Assembly: GCA_964345565.1 (NCBI GenBank)
Contig: CAYFRO010000002.1
Span: forward strand, 2,340-66,339
DNA: 64,000 bases
Reading direction: 5' to 3'
Source: an uncultured Actinomyces sp.
GTDB taxonomy: Bacteria > Actinomycetota > Actinomycetes > Actinomycetales > Actinomycetaceae
Shown piece after piece: positions 56,115 to 64,000 of this stretch; position 1 is the stretch's first letter; the number at the start of each line of letters is the position of its first letter. The notes beneath the pieces are model-generated. The model was not told the DNA's origin. It was given only the letters and a program-made list of their open reading frames with translations, and made no database searches. Position numbers and translations under genes: made by a program.

Positions 56115-56665
56115 CCGAATTGTTCCCAAGCGCGGGCCGCCTGTCACGTGGCTACGAAGAGGAACCGGTGGTCCAGTTCTTCCAGGAGGCACGCCGGGCG
56201 TACGAGGGCGGAGCTTCAGCAGAAGACATCTCTTTCGACGAAATCCGCAGGGCAGCCTTCCCGCTGGTCCGGGGCGGCTTCGACACACGCAACGTTGATG
56301 CTGCACTCAGTCGCCTGGAGACGGCTTTCATTCAAAGGGACAGGGCAGATTACATCGCGGAGCACGGCGAAGCTGCCTGGTTTTCCAAAATCGCGGACGA
56401 GGCCACCGCGCTTTATCCAAGGCTTCTGCGGCCTGCCGGTGACCGTTTTGCGCACCCTGAAGACCGCGGGATCGGGTACGACTGCGGCCAGGTTGACGCA
56501 CTCCTGGACCGGCTTGCCGCTTTCTTTGATGACCGAGGCGATCTCCACGAACCCGACCTGCGCTTCGCCCTCTTCGATACGGCGCGCGGTGAGAACGCGT
56601 ACGTTGAAGCCCAAGTCGATGCTTTCCTGGGGAAGGCCATGTACGTTCTGTTGGCGGTTTCGTGA
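56111..56665 (+). CDS. DivIVA-domain-containing protein (four degenerate GY[DE]xxxVD-type repeats)
   Basis: ATG 56111 (ATGA overlap with rlmN). RGYEEEPVVQFF, GGFDTRNVDAALSRLE, GYDCGQVDALLDRL, AYVEAQVDAFLGKA. GTGA overlap with dxr. Confidence 0.6.
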   Translation: MTELFPSAGRLSRGYEEEPVVQFFQEARRAYEGGASAEDISFDEIRRAAFPLVRGGFDTRNVDAALSRLETAFIQRDRADYIAEHGEAAWFSKIADEATALYPRLLRPAGDRFAHPEDRGIGYDCGQVDALLDRLAAFFDDRGDLHEPDLRFALFDTARGENAYVEAQVDAFLGKAMYVLLAVS

Positions 56666-57870
56666 CTGACGCCATCGGCGTCACGGTTTTAGGGTCGACC
56701 GGCTCTATTGGGTCGCAGGCCCTGAACGTCATTGCTTCTCACCCGGGGCGCTTCCGTGTTCTGGGTCTGGCTGCGGGGGGCTCCAACGTGGAGTTGCTGG
56801 CAAAACAGGTCCTTTCGTTCCGTCCCGAGGTTGTTGCCGTGGCGTCGGAACCTGCCCCTGACGACCTCGCCCTGCTTACCACCAGCGCAGACCAGGTCGG
56901 GGCAGAGCTGCTTATCGGCCCGGACGGACCCCCCACCCTGTCCGGTCTTTTCCCCGCTGCGACCGTCCTGAACGGGATCACGGGCGGGGTTGGGCTCCGC
57001 GCGACACTTGCCGCGTTGGGGTGCGGAGCGACCGTTGCGCTTGCCAACAAGGAATCCCTGGTGGTGGGCGGTGACCTGGTCCGGCGCGCTATGCGAAGGC
57101 CGGCGCAAATAGTCCCTGTCGACTCTGAGCACTCAGCTATCGCCCAGGCGCTCATGTCGGGGACCCACAACCGCGGCCTGACCGCGGCGAACCTTGACGG
57201 ACGCTCCGACCTGCTTTCCCTGGTGCTCACCGCATCCGGAGGGCCTTTCCGGGGGAAGACACGCTCAGAGTTGCAGGGAGTCACTGCGCAGGCGGCGCTC
57301 GCTCACCCCACCTGGTCTATGGGCCCGGTGGTTACCGTTAACTCCTCGACCCTCATGAACAAGGGGCTGGAACTGATCGAGGCGGCACTCCTTTTCGACG
57401 TCCCGCCGGACGCCATCACCCCCGTCATCCACCCTCAGTCAATCGTCCACTCCATGGTCACCTGGATGGATGGTTCGACGGTCGCGCAGGCGTCCTACCC
57501 GAACATGGAGGTCCCGATCGCCCTTGGGCTCGATTGGCCCCAGCACCTGCCACGCGTTGGCGTGCCGCTAGCCTGGGACCAGGCGACACAGTGGACGTTC
57601 GAACCGGTCGACCACGAAACGTTCCCAGCGCTACATCTTGCCCGCTTGGCACTCCTGGAGTCCGCCACCCACCCGGCGGTAATGAACGCAGCGAACGAGG
57701 TCTGCGTGGACGCGTTCTTGCAGGGCGGTCTTCCTTGGCTTGGCATCGTCGACACTGTCCGCCAGGTTGTCGAAGATCACCAAGGTAGCGACCAGCCGAC
57801 TTTAGAAGAGGTTTTCGAAGCCGAGCGCAACGCGGCAAGCCGCGCCAAAGCACTGATTCGAGACTTCTGA
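56662..57870 (+). CDS. dxr: 1-deoxy-D-xylulose-5-phosphate reductoisomerase
   Basis: VLGSTGSIGSQAL, ANKESLV, VDSEHSAI, HPTWSMG. Confidence 0.93.
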   Translation: MTDAIGVTVLGSTGSIGSQALNVIASHPGRFRVLGLAAGGSNVELLAKQVLSFRPEVVAVASEPAPDDLALLTTSADQVGAELLIGPDGPPTLSGLFPAATVLNGITGGVGLRATLAALGCGATVALANKESLVVGGDLVRRAMRRPAQIVPVDSEHSAIAQALMSGTHNRGLTAANLDGRSDLLSLVLTASGGPFRGKTRSELQGVTAQAALAHPTWSMGPVVTVNSSTLMNKGLELIEAALLFDVPPDAITPVIHPQSIVHSMVTWMDGSTVAQASYPNMEVPIALGLDWPQHLPRVGVPLAWDQATQWTFEPVDHETFPALHLARLALLESATHPAVMNAANEVCVDAFLQGGLPWLGIVDTVRQVVEDHQGSDQPTLEEVFEAERNAASRAKALIRDF

Positions 57871-59129
57871 TGTGGCTGATCGGTGTTGGGATCCTGCTAC
57901 TGGGCCTGATCGTCTCGGTGGCTCTCCACGAGCTTGGACATTTACTGCCAGCTAAAAAGTTTGGGGCCGCAGTCCCCGAGTACTGGGTCGGTTTTGGCCC
58001 CGAGCTTTGGAAGGTCAAAAAGGGTGGGACCACCTACGGCCTGAAAGCGATCCTGCTGGGCGGCTACGTCCGCATAGTTGGCATGTTCGCCCCAACCCGG
58101 CCGGGCCTCAAGACGAAACGGAAGGACGGGACTCCAACGCTGGCCCAACAGGCTCGCCTGCAGTCCGAGCAGGACGTGGCAGAAGCGATTGCGGGCGGCA
58201 CCTCGGGCGTCCCCTTCTACCAGCTTTCCACGCCGAAAAAGCTGGCTGTCATGTCCGGCGGGCCCCTCATGAACCTGCTGATTTCCGTGGTTCTGATCGC
58301 TGTGGTTCTGCTGGGATTCGGGTGGCAGGCACCCTCGACCACCCTGGACGAAGTGATCCAGGAAACGGGCGGCCATGCCAGCCCCGCTGCGACAGCGGGC
58401 CTGCAGGCAGGCGACACCATCGTTTCGTGGTCTGGGGAACAGGTGACTTCGTGGGATCAGCTGAGGGAGCTCATCCAAAAAACTCCTGCGACTGGAACAG
58501 AGGTCACCGTAGACCGGGGTGGCCAAGACGTCACCATGGAGATCATCCCCGACGTCGCAGATGACGGGAGCCGCTCCGTGGGCATAGTGAGTGCTTTGGT
58601 TCGCGAGCGCGGTTCGCTGGGAGACGTGGGGTCCGTTGCCTGGCAGCAGTTCACCGGTACGGGCAAAGCGATCCTCACCCTGCCTGTCGGGATGTACCAG
58701 ATGGGGAAGTCCATCATCACGGGTGAGGAGCGGGACGCGAACGGGGTCGTCTCTTTGATCGGCGTCGCGCAACTTGCGGGGCAGATCACTTCACCCAGCG
58801 GGAGCGGGGATAGCCAGGGCGAAAGCTCGGGGGTGTCAATGTCGCTTGCTGACCGGATCGTCATGATGATTTCTCTGCTTGCCGCCCTAAACATGGCACT
58901 GTTTGTTTTCAACTTGATTCCTCTGACTCCCCTTGATGGCGGTCACATCGCGGGTGCGTTGTATGGGGGCGCCAAGAACGCCGCGGCCAAGGTGAGTGGG
59001 AAGCCGAAGCCCCCACCGGTCGACACCGCCAGGCTCACCCCTCTTACATACGTGGTCTTTGGAACCCTAATGGCGATCACTGCCTTCCTGATGATCGCCG
59101 ACGTCCTGCGCCCACTGTCCCTTACGTGA
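57870..59129 (+). CDS. rseP: Site-2 (M50) membrane metalloprotease RseP/Rip1 type
   Basis: HELGHLLPAKKFG, internal PDZ-like segment, FNLIPLTPLDGGH. Confidence 0.9.
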   Translation: MWLIGVGILLLGLIVSVALHELGHLLPAKKFGAAVPEYWVGFGPELWKVKKGGTTYGLKAILLGGYVRIVGMFAPTRPGLKTKRKDGTPTLAQQARLQSEQDVAEAIAGGTSGVPFYQLSTPKKLAVMSGGPLMNLLISVVLIAVVLLGFGWQAPSTTLDEVIQETGGHASPAATAGLQAGDTIVSWSGEQVTSWDQLRELIQKTPATGTEVTVDRGGQDVTMEIIPDVADDGSRSVGIVSALVRERGSLGDVGSVAWQQFTGTGKAILTLPVGMYQMGKSIITGEERDANGVVSLIGVAQLAGQITSPSGSGDSQGESSGVSMSLADRIVMMISLLAALNMALFVFNLIPLTPLDGGHIAGALYGGAKNAAAKVSGKPKPPPVDTARLTPLTYVVFGTLMAITAFLMIADVLRPLSLT

Positions 59130-59178
59130 GTGACCAAGACCGTGGTTCCTCCGGCGCGATCAGGGGGATAATGGAGTC

Positions 59179-60330
59179 GTGAGTGAACCCGTTTCTCTTG
59201 GAATCCCTGAAGTACAGCTTGACCCTTTCGGGCGCAGAAAAACCCGCCTGATTCATGTCGGTGACGTCCCGGTGGGTGGCGGAAGCCCCGTCTCGGTCCA
59301 GTCAATGACCACGACGAAGACTCACGACATTGGGGCGACACTGCAGCAGATCGCTGAGCTGACTGCGGCCGGATGCGACATTGTGCGCGTCGCGTGCCCG
59401 ACCGACAAGGACGCCGAGGCCCTGCCGATCATTGCTCGTCAGTCCACGATCCCCGTGATCGCTGACATCCACTTCCAGCCAAAGTACGTGTTCGCAGCGA
59501 TCGAGGCCGGCTGTGGCGCGGTCCGGGTCAACCCCGGAAACATCCGCAAGTTTGACGACCAGGTTGGGGCCATCACCCGCGCTGCGAAGGACCATGGGAC
59601 TTCTTTGCGGATCGGTGTGAACGCGGGTTCCCTGGATAGGCGCATGTACGAAAAGTACGGCGGGCCAACCCCGGAGGCCCTGGCTGAATCCGCAATCTGG
59701 GAAGCCTCGTTGTTTGAGGAACACGACTTCCACGACTTCAAGATTTCCGTTAAGCACCACGACCCAGTGACGATGATCCGGGCGTACGAACTCCTTTCCG
59801 ACGCGGGGGATTGGCCGCTCCACCTGGGGGTCACTGAGGCGGGCCCTGCGTTCCAGGGGACCATAAAGTCGGCTGCGGCTTTCGGGGCTCTTTTGCGCGA
59901 GGGGATTGGTGACACGATTCGGGTGTCGCTGTCAGCCCCTCCTGTTGAGGAAGTGAAGGTGGGCCTGCAAATCCTGCAGTCCATGGGGCTTCGTGAAAAG
60001 ACTCTTGAGATCGTTTCTTGTCCCTCGTGCGGGCGCGCCCAAGTTGATGTGTTCTCGTTGGCCGAGGAAGTGACGGAGGGTCTGAAAGATCTCACGGTCC
60101 CGCTTCGTGTCGCCGTGATGGGGTGCGTGGTGAACGGCCCCGGTGAAGCTCGTGAGGCGGACCTGGGGGTTGCGTCCGGCAACGGCAAGGGCCAGATCTT
60201 CATCAAGGGCAAGGTCGTAGCCACGGTCCCCGAAGACCAAATCGTTGAAACGTTAATCCACTACGCGAACCAGATCGCGTGGGAAATGGGCCTTGAAGAA
60301 GGCGATGGAGAGGTCCAGGTCATTGCGTAA
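59179..60330 (+). CDS. ispG: 4-hydroxy-3-methylbut-2-en-1-yl diphosphate synthase
   Basis: [32 protein letters not shown]. Confidence 0.93.
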   Translation: MSEPVSLGIPEVQLDPFGRRKTRLIHVGDVPVGGGSPVSVQSMTTTKTHDIGATLQQIAELTAAGCDIVRVACPTDKDAEALPIIARQSTIPVIADIHFQPKYVFAAIEAGCGAVRVNPGNIRKFDDQVGAITRAAKDHGTSLRIGVNAGSLDRRMYEKYGGPTPEALAESAIWEASLFEEHDFHDFKISVKHHDPVTMIRAYELLSDAGDWPLHLGVTEAGPAFQGTIKSAAAFGALLREGIGDTIRVSLSAPPVEEVKVGLQILQSMGLREKTLEIVSCPSCGRAQVDVFSLAEEVTEGLKDLTVPLRVAVMGCVVNGPGEAREADLGVASGNGKGQIFIKGKVVATVPEDQIVETLIHYANQIAWEMGLEEGDGEVQVIA

Positions 60331-60847
60331 ACCTCTTCGCAAGGTGGCACTAGGAACCCTTCTAGGGGTGGGTGGCGGCGTTCTGGCGTCCGGTTTCCCG
60401 GGGCGCGTTGGCCTAACCAAAGCCCAGGCGCTGGTTTCGATGCCGGGCGACTTGATCCTTGCAACCGCGAACGCTTCTGCCGATCGCGTGGCAACGTTTG
60501 AAGCTAGCCGCGAGGTAATCTGGCCTTTTGTTGAGGACCTACTAAGCGAATATGCGGACCTCTGGGACGTCCCACTTCAGGTGGTCTATCGCGAGGACGG
60601 TGAGCTGGTCGCCGTGGTCACCGACTTTCTGAGCATCGACCAGGATCCTAACGAAGCCTATTTCCAGGGCTCGGTTGCGGTGAGACTAACTGCGCCGTCG
60701 GACCAGTCCTGTTCTGTTCACGTGCGCGAACGGTACCTGAGCAGCGGCACGCGTCCCGCGGTGGCCGTCAGGGTCGCAATGTCGAAAAGCGCTCTCACTT
60801 TCAAACGCTGGGCGGGACGTGTCCGCCGGGAGCTTCGCGGGCTCTGA
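60305..60847 (+). CDS. Hypothetical protein with N-terminal hydrophobic segment (possibly an SRPBCC-like fold)
   Basis: ORF between ispG and proS, with no motif I can name. Start is ambiguous (TTG 60293, ATG 60305 or TTG 60323). Overlaps the ispG 3' end. Confidence 0.4.
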   Translation: MERSRSLRKPLRKVALGTLLGVGGGVLASGFPGRVGLTKAQALVSMPGDLILATANASADRVATFEASREVIWPFVEDLLSEYADLWDVPLQVVYREDGELVAVVTDFLSIDQDPNEAYFQGSVAVRLTAPSDQSCSVHVRERYLSSGTRPAVAVRVAMSKSALTFKRWAGRVRRELRGL

Positions 60848-60899
60848 GAGCCCTACACTGGTGGGGTGGCCCGCAGGGCCAAGGAAGGAACGTGGCGCA

Positions 60900-62732
60900 T
60901 TGCTAACAAGGATGTCCGATCTGTTTGTCCGCACTCTCCGCGAAGAACCTGCTGAGGCAGAACTGGCCGGCCACAAGCTGCTTGTTCGCGCCGGGTACGT
61001 GCGCCGTGTTGCCCCAGGGGTCTATTCTTGGCTTCCCCTGGGCCTGATGACCCTTCGAAAGGTTGAGGAGATCATCCGTCAGGAGATGGCTGTGGCTGGC
61101 GCCCAGGAAGTCCTGTTTCCGGCGTTGTTGCCCAGGGAACCCTACGAAACGTCGGGTCGGTGGGAAGAATACGGCGCGAACCTGTTCCGACTCCAGGACA
61201 GGCGCGGCAACGACTACTTGCTTGCGCCGACCCACGAAGAGATGTTCACCCTGATGGTCAAGGACATTGTGAGTTCCTACAAGGAGCTTCCCGTGACCCT
61301 GTACCAGATTCAGATGAAGTACCGGGACGAAGCCAGGTCGCGGGGCGGGTTGCTTCGTGCCCGCGAGTTCTTGATGAAGGACGCCTACTCGTTTGACTTG
61401 GACGAAGCGGGACTTCAGGCCTCGTACGACGCGCAGCGGGCTGCCTACCAGAGGATTTTTGGTCGACTGGGTCTGGACTACGTCATCTGTTCCGCTGTGT
61501 CGGGCGCGATGGGGGGATCTGCGTCCGAGGAATTCTTGGTGCCGAACCCCGCTGGCGAGGACGTCTACGTCGTTTCTCCAGGCGGCTACGTGGCGAACAC
61601 GGAGGCTGTCGAAACTGTGGCGCCGGAAGCGGTTTCCTGGGACGGGCTCCCTTCTGCGCAGACGCTGCCAACCCCGGACTCTGAAACAATCCAGGCGCTA
61701 GTTGACCAAGCTAACCTTTCTTTCCCGCGCCAGGATCGCCCCTGGGAAGCGGGGGACACGCTGAAGAACGTTGTTTTTGCAACCGTTGATGGCGAGGGGA
61801 AGCGGGAGCTGTTGGTGGTCGGCGTCCCCGGGGATCGTGAAGTGGATACGAAGCGACTGGAAGCTTCCCTTGAGCCACTGGCTGTAGAAGTGGCGACACC
61901 GGAAGACTTTGAGGCCTACCCGCAACTGGTCCAGGGCTACATTGGGCCCGACATCCTTGGACTTAATGAAAATGGGGAGGGCATCAGGTACCTGGTCGAT
62001 CCCAGGGTCGCTCCGGGAACCGTTTGGGTTAGCGGCGCGAACCAGGCTGAGGCTCACACTTTCGGCCTGGTCATGGGACGCGATTTCACTGCGGACGGAA
62101 CTATTGAGGCCGCTGAGGTGCGGGAGGGCGACCTGGCCCCGGACGGTTCTGGGCCCCTAACGTTGCACCGCGGTATCGAGGTTGGCCACATTTTCCAGCT
62201 TGGACGGAAGTACGCGGAAGCTCTTGGACTGACAGTGTTGGATGAGAACGGCAAGTCCAGGGTTGTCACGATGGGGTCCTACGGGATCGGGGTTTCGCGT
62301 GTCTTGGCGTCGCTGGCTGAAGAGAACTATGACGACCGGGGGCTGGTTTGGCCAGCGCCTGTGGCACCGTTCGATGTCGACGTTGTGGTCGCCGGGAAGG
62401 GTGACGAACTGGAAGCGTTCGCGCGTGAACTGGCGGAGGACCTGGATTCAACAGGCCTGAACGTTCTGCTGGATGACCGCAGGGGGGTCAGTGCAGGCGT
62501 GAAGTTTGCGGACTCCGAGCTGATTGGTTTCCCCATCACGGTCGTTGTTGGCAGGGGCTTGAAGGACGGCAAGGTCGAGCTCCGGGTTCGCCGCAGCGGG
62601 GAGCGGAAGGACGTTCCGAAGGAACTGGCCCTCATCAAGATCACGAAACTACACGATCTGCTGATGGAGGCTTCAGGAATCGGTGAGCATGCCGTGTTCC
62701 TTGAGAAGCTTGACCAGGAAGGGGCCATCTGA
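60900..62732 (+). CDS. proS: Proline--tRNA ligase (bacterial type with INS editing domain)
   Basis: TTG 60900 gives (M)[20 protein letters not shown], the usual ProRS N-terminus, 10 nt after [27 protein letters not shown] (motif 2). [10 protein letters not shown] (motif 3). Confidence 0.92.
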   Translation: MLTRMSDLFVRTLREEPAEAELAGHKLLVRAGYVRRVAPGVYSWLPLGLMTLRKVEEIIRQEMAVAGAQEVLFPALLPREPYETSGRWEEYGANLFRLQDRRGNDYLLAPTHEEMFTLMVKDIVSSYKELPVTLYQIQMKYRDEARSRGGLLRAREFLMKDAYSFDLDEAGLQASYDAQRAAYQRIFGRLGLDYVICSAVSGAMGGSASEEFLVPNPAGEDVYVVSPGGYVANTEAVETVAPEAVSWDGLPSAQTLPTPDSETIQALVDQANLSFPRQDRPWEAGDTLKNVVFATVDGEGKRELLVVGVPGDREVDTKRLEASLEPLAVEVATPEDFEAYPQLVQGYIGPDILGLNENGEGIRYLVDPRVAPGTVWVSGANQAEAHTFGLVMGRDFTADGTIEAAEVREGDLAPDGSGPLTLHRGIEVGHIFQLGRKYAEALGLTVLDENGKSRVVTMGSYGIGVSRVLASLAEENYDDRGLVWPAPVAPFDVDVVVAGKGDELEAFARELAEDLDSTGLNVLLDDRRGVSAGVKFADSELIGFPITVVVGRGLKDGKVELRVRRSGERKDVPKELALIKITKLHDLLMEASGIGEHAVFLEKLDQEGAI

Positions 62733-63223
62733 TGGCGTACCGTGAAATCCGAGTAATCGGCGACCCTGTTTTGCGGACTCCTTGCGAGCCCATCACCGAC
62801 ATAAACGATCGCGTTAAAGCTCTGGTTGAGGATCTTCTGGAAAACGTTGATCAGGACGGCCGTGCAGGGCTTGCGGCGAACCAAATCGGGGTGGGGCTTC
62901 GGGCCTTCTCCTGGAACATCGACGGGGACATCGGCTACGTCCTGAACCCTGTGCTGGTGGAGGTCTCTACCGAGGAGTATCAGGATGGGGACGAGGGCTG
63001 CCTGTCGGTCCCGGGCCTTTGGTACCCGACGGAGCGCGCTTGGTATGCCCGGGTTGAGGGCATTGACTTGGACGGGAAGCCCCTGGTTGTGGAGGGTGAA
63101 GAGCTCATGGCTCGCGCTTTGCAACACGAGACGGACCACCTGGACGGGCTACTGTACATTGACAGGCTTTCGCGGTCGAACCGCAAGAAGGCACTGAAGG
63201 CTATTCGCGAGGCTGACTGGTAG
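62732..63223 (+). CDS. def: Peptide deformylase
   Basis: [29 protein letters not shown] overlap with proS. Confidence 0.93.
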   Translation: MAYREIRVIGDPVLRTPCEPITDINDRVKALVEDLLENVDQDGRAGLAANQIGVGLRAFSWNIDGDIGYVLNPVLVEVSTEEYQDGDEGCLSVPGLWYPTERAWYARVEGIDLDGKPLVVEGEELMARALQHETDHLDGLLYIDRLSRSNRKKALKAIREADW

Positions 63224-63668
63224 ACGGCGCCAGCAGCTTGGAGCACAGTGCTTCAAGCTGAGCGAGCTCTCCTTCTGTTAGCCGGGGAGCAAGTGCTTCC
63301 GTGATTTCGTGGGCGTGGACGCGGCCAACCCGCTTTTGGGTTTCTTTTCCGGCGTCCGTGAGTGTAAGCAGAACTCCGCGGGCGTCGCTGGGGTCACGGC
63401 GCCGGTGCACCAGCCCCCTGTCTACCAGCCGGGCGACCAACCGTGAAAGGCCCGTCTGCGTTAGCAGCACGTCGCTGCCAAGGTCTTGGATCCGGGTGCC
63501 CTCAGGCTTTTTCGTGAGGGTGTAAAGAACGCCGTATTCCGCCTGGCTGAGTTCACACCAGGCCTCGGAGTTGGCCAGGTCTTTTGCTATTGAAGTTGCG
63601 GCGCGAAACATTTCTTCCCACGCGCTGACCGCGGCGGGGGAGTAGTCGCGCTTGCTTGGAGAGTTCAC
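63201..63668 (-). CDS. MarR-family transcriptional regulator
   Basis: [12 protein letters not shown].., [39 protein letters not shown] (winged HTH). 3' end overlaps def by 23 nt (convergent). Confidence 0.85.
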   Translation of the reverse strand: MNSPSKRDYSPAAVSAWEEMFRAATSIAKDLANSEAWCELSQAEYGVLYTLTKKPEGTRIQDLGSDVLLTQTGLSRLVARLVDRGLVHRRRDPSDARGVLLTLTDAGKETQKRVGRVHAHEITEALAPRLTEGELAQLEALCSKLLAPSTSQPRE

Positions 63669-63691
63669 AGCAAAAGACCTGGCCGAAGAGT

Positions 63692-64000
63692 TTACTTGTC
63701 GCGTAGCGGTTTCAGTGCGCCTGCCCAGGCTTCCAGCTGGTCGAACATTGTCTGTGCGGACTTGGCGTGCTGGGGGCCGGGATTGAACTTTGAGAAGTTC
63801 TCAAAGTCGGTGAACAGTGAGAAACCGAGTTGCTGACGGACGTCTGCCATTTGTAGCTCTCCCGCGATGACGCGGAGCATTTCGACGCTGCGTGCCCCGC
63901 CCATGGAGCCGTAGCCGACCAGGGCGCAGGCCTTGTTGTTCCATTCGCCGTACAGGTAGTCCATGGCGTTCTTTAGGGAGGCAGGTGGCGCGTGGTTGTA
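63692..64000 (-). CDS. NADPH-dependent FMN reductase-family oxidoreductase, N-terminal part beyond window
   Basis: The reading frame stays open past the track's Met up to base 64000: YNHAPPASLKNAMDYLYGEWNNKACALVGYGSMGG, a flavodoxin-like FMN reductase block. Confidence 0.8.
   Translation of the reverse strand, partial: YNHAPPASLKNAMDYLYGEWNNKACALVGYGSMGGARSVEMLRVIAGELQMADVRQQLGFSLFTDFENFSKFNPGPQHAKSAQTMFDQLEAWAGALKPLRDK

Overview
High-GC Gram-positive (actinobacterial-type) chromosome segment that is almost entirely conserved housekeeping genes. I saw no CRISPR array, IS element, integrase, toxin-antitoxin pair or recognisable defence or secondary-metabolite cluster, and I do not claim a novel multi-gene system.

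Gene content, left to right:
- yigZ (cut by the window edge), rpmF and an HdeD-like membrane protein.
- A small accessory-looking block: an LAxTG-anchored adhesin, a beta-phosphoglucomutase-family HAD hydrolase and a GH65 phosphorylase, ending at tRNA-Arg(TCT).
- ilvA, orn, an SSB paralogue next to ettA, tesB, malQ, a stand-alone PTS EIIB and a lipoprotein.
- pepO-pepN.
- A 1.8 kb gene-poor gap holding a second orphan SSB paralogue, several short-repeat arrays and a T-box leader.
- ileS-folC, dhaKLM, ndk, smc, ftsY, ffh.
- rpsP-KH-rimM-trmD-rplS-lepB-rnhB, DUF2469, yraN-comM-dprA-xerC, and an M23 peptidase.
- rpsB-tsf-pyrH-frr-cdsA-rlmN-(DivIVA-domain)-dxr-rseP-ispG, proS-def, a MarR regulator and a truncated FMN reductase.

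Many genes are translationally coupled through ATGA, GTGA or TGATG overlaps.

The two loci most worth a second look:
1. The pepO-ileS gap (21834-23609), where the orphan SSB gene is flanked on both sides by iteron-like, palindromic and tandem repeats.
2. A continuous 443-aa TrmD ORF carrying a C-terminal GNAT acetyltransferase domain inside the rpsP-rimM-trmD-rplS operon.

All calls come from reading the supplied translations and the DNA by eye. No database search, HMM or covariance model was run.
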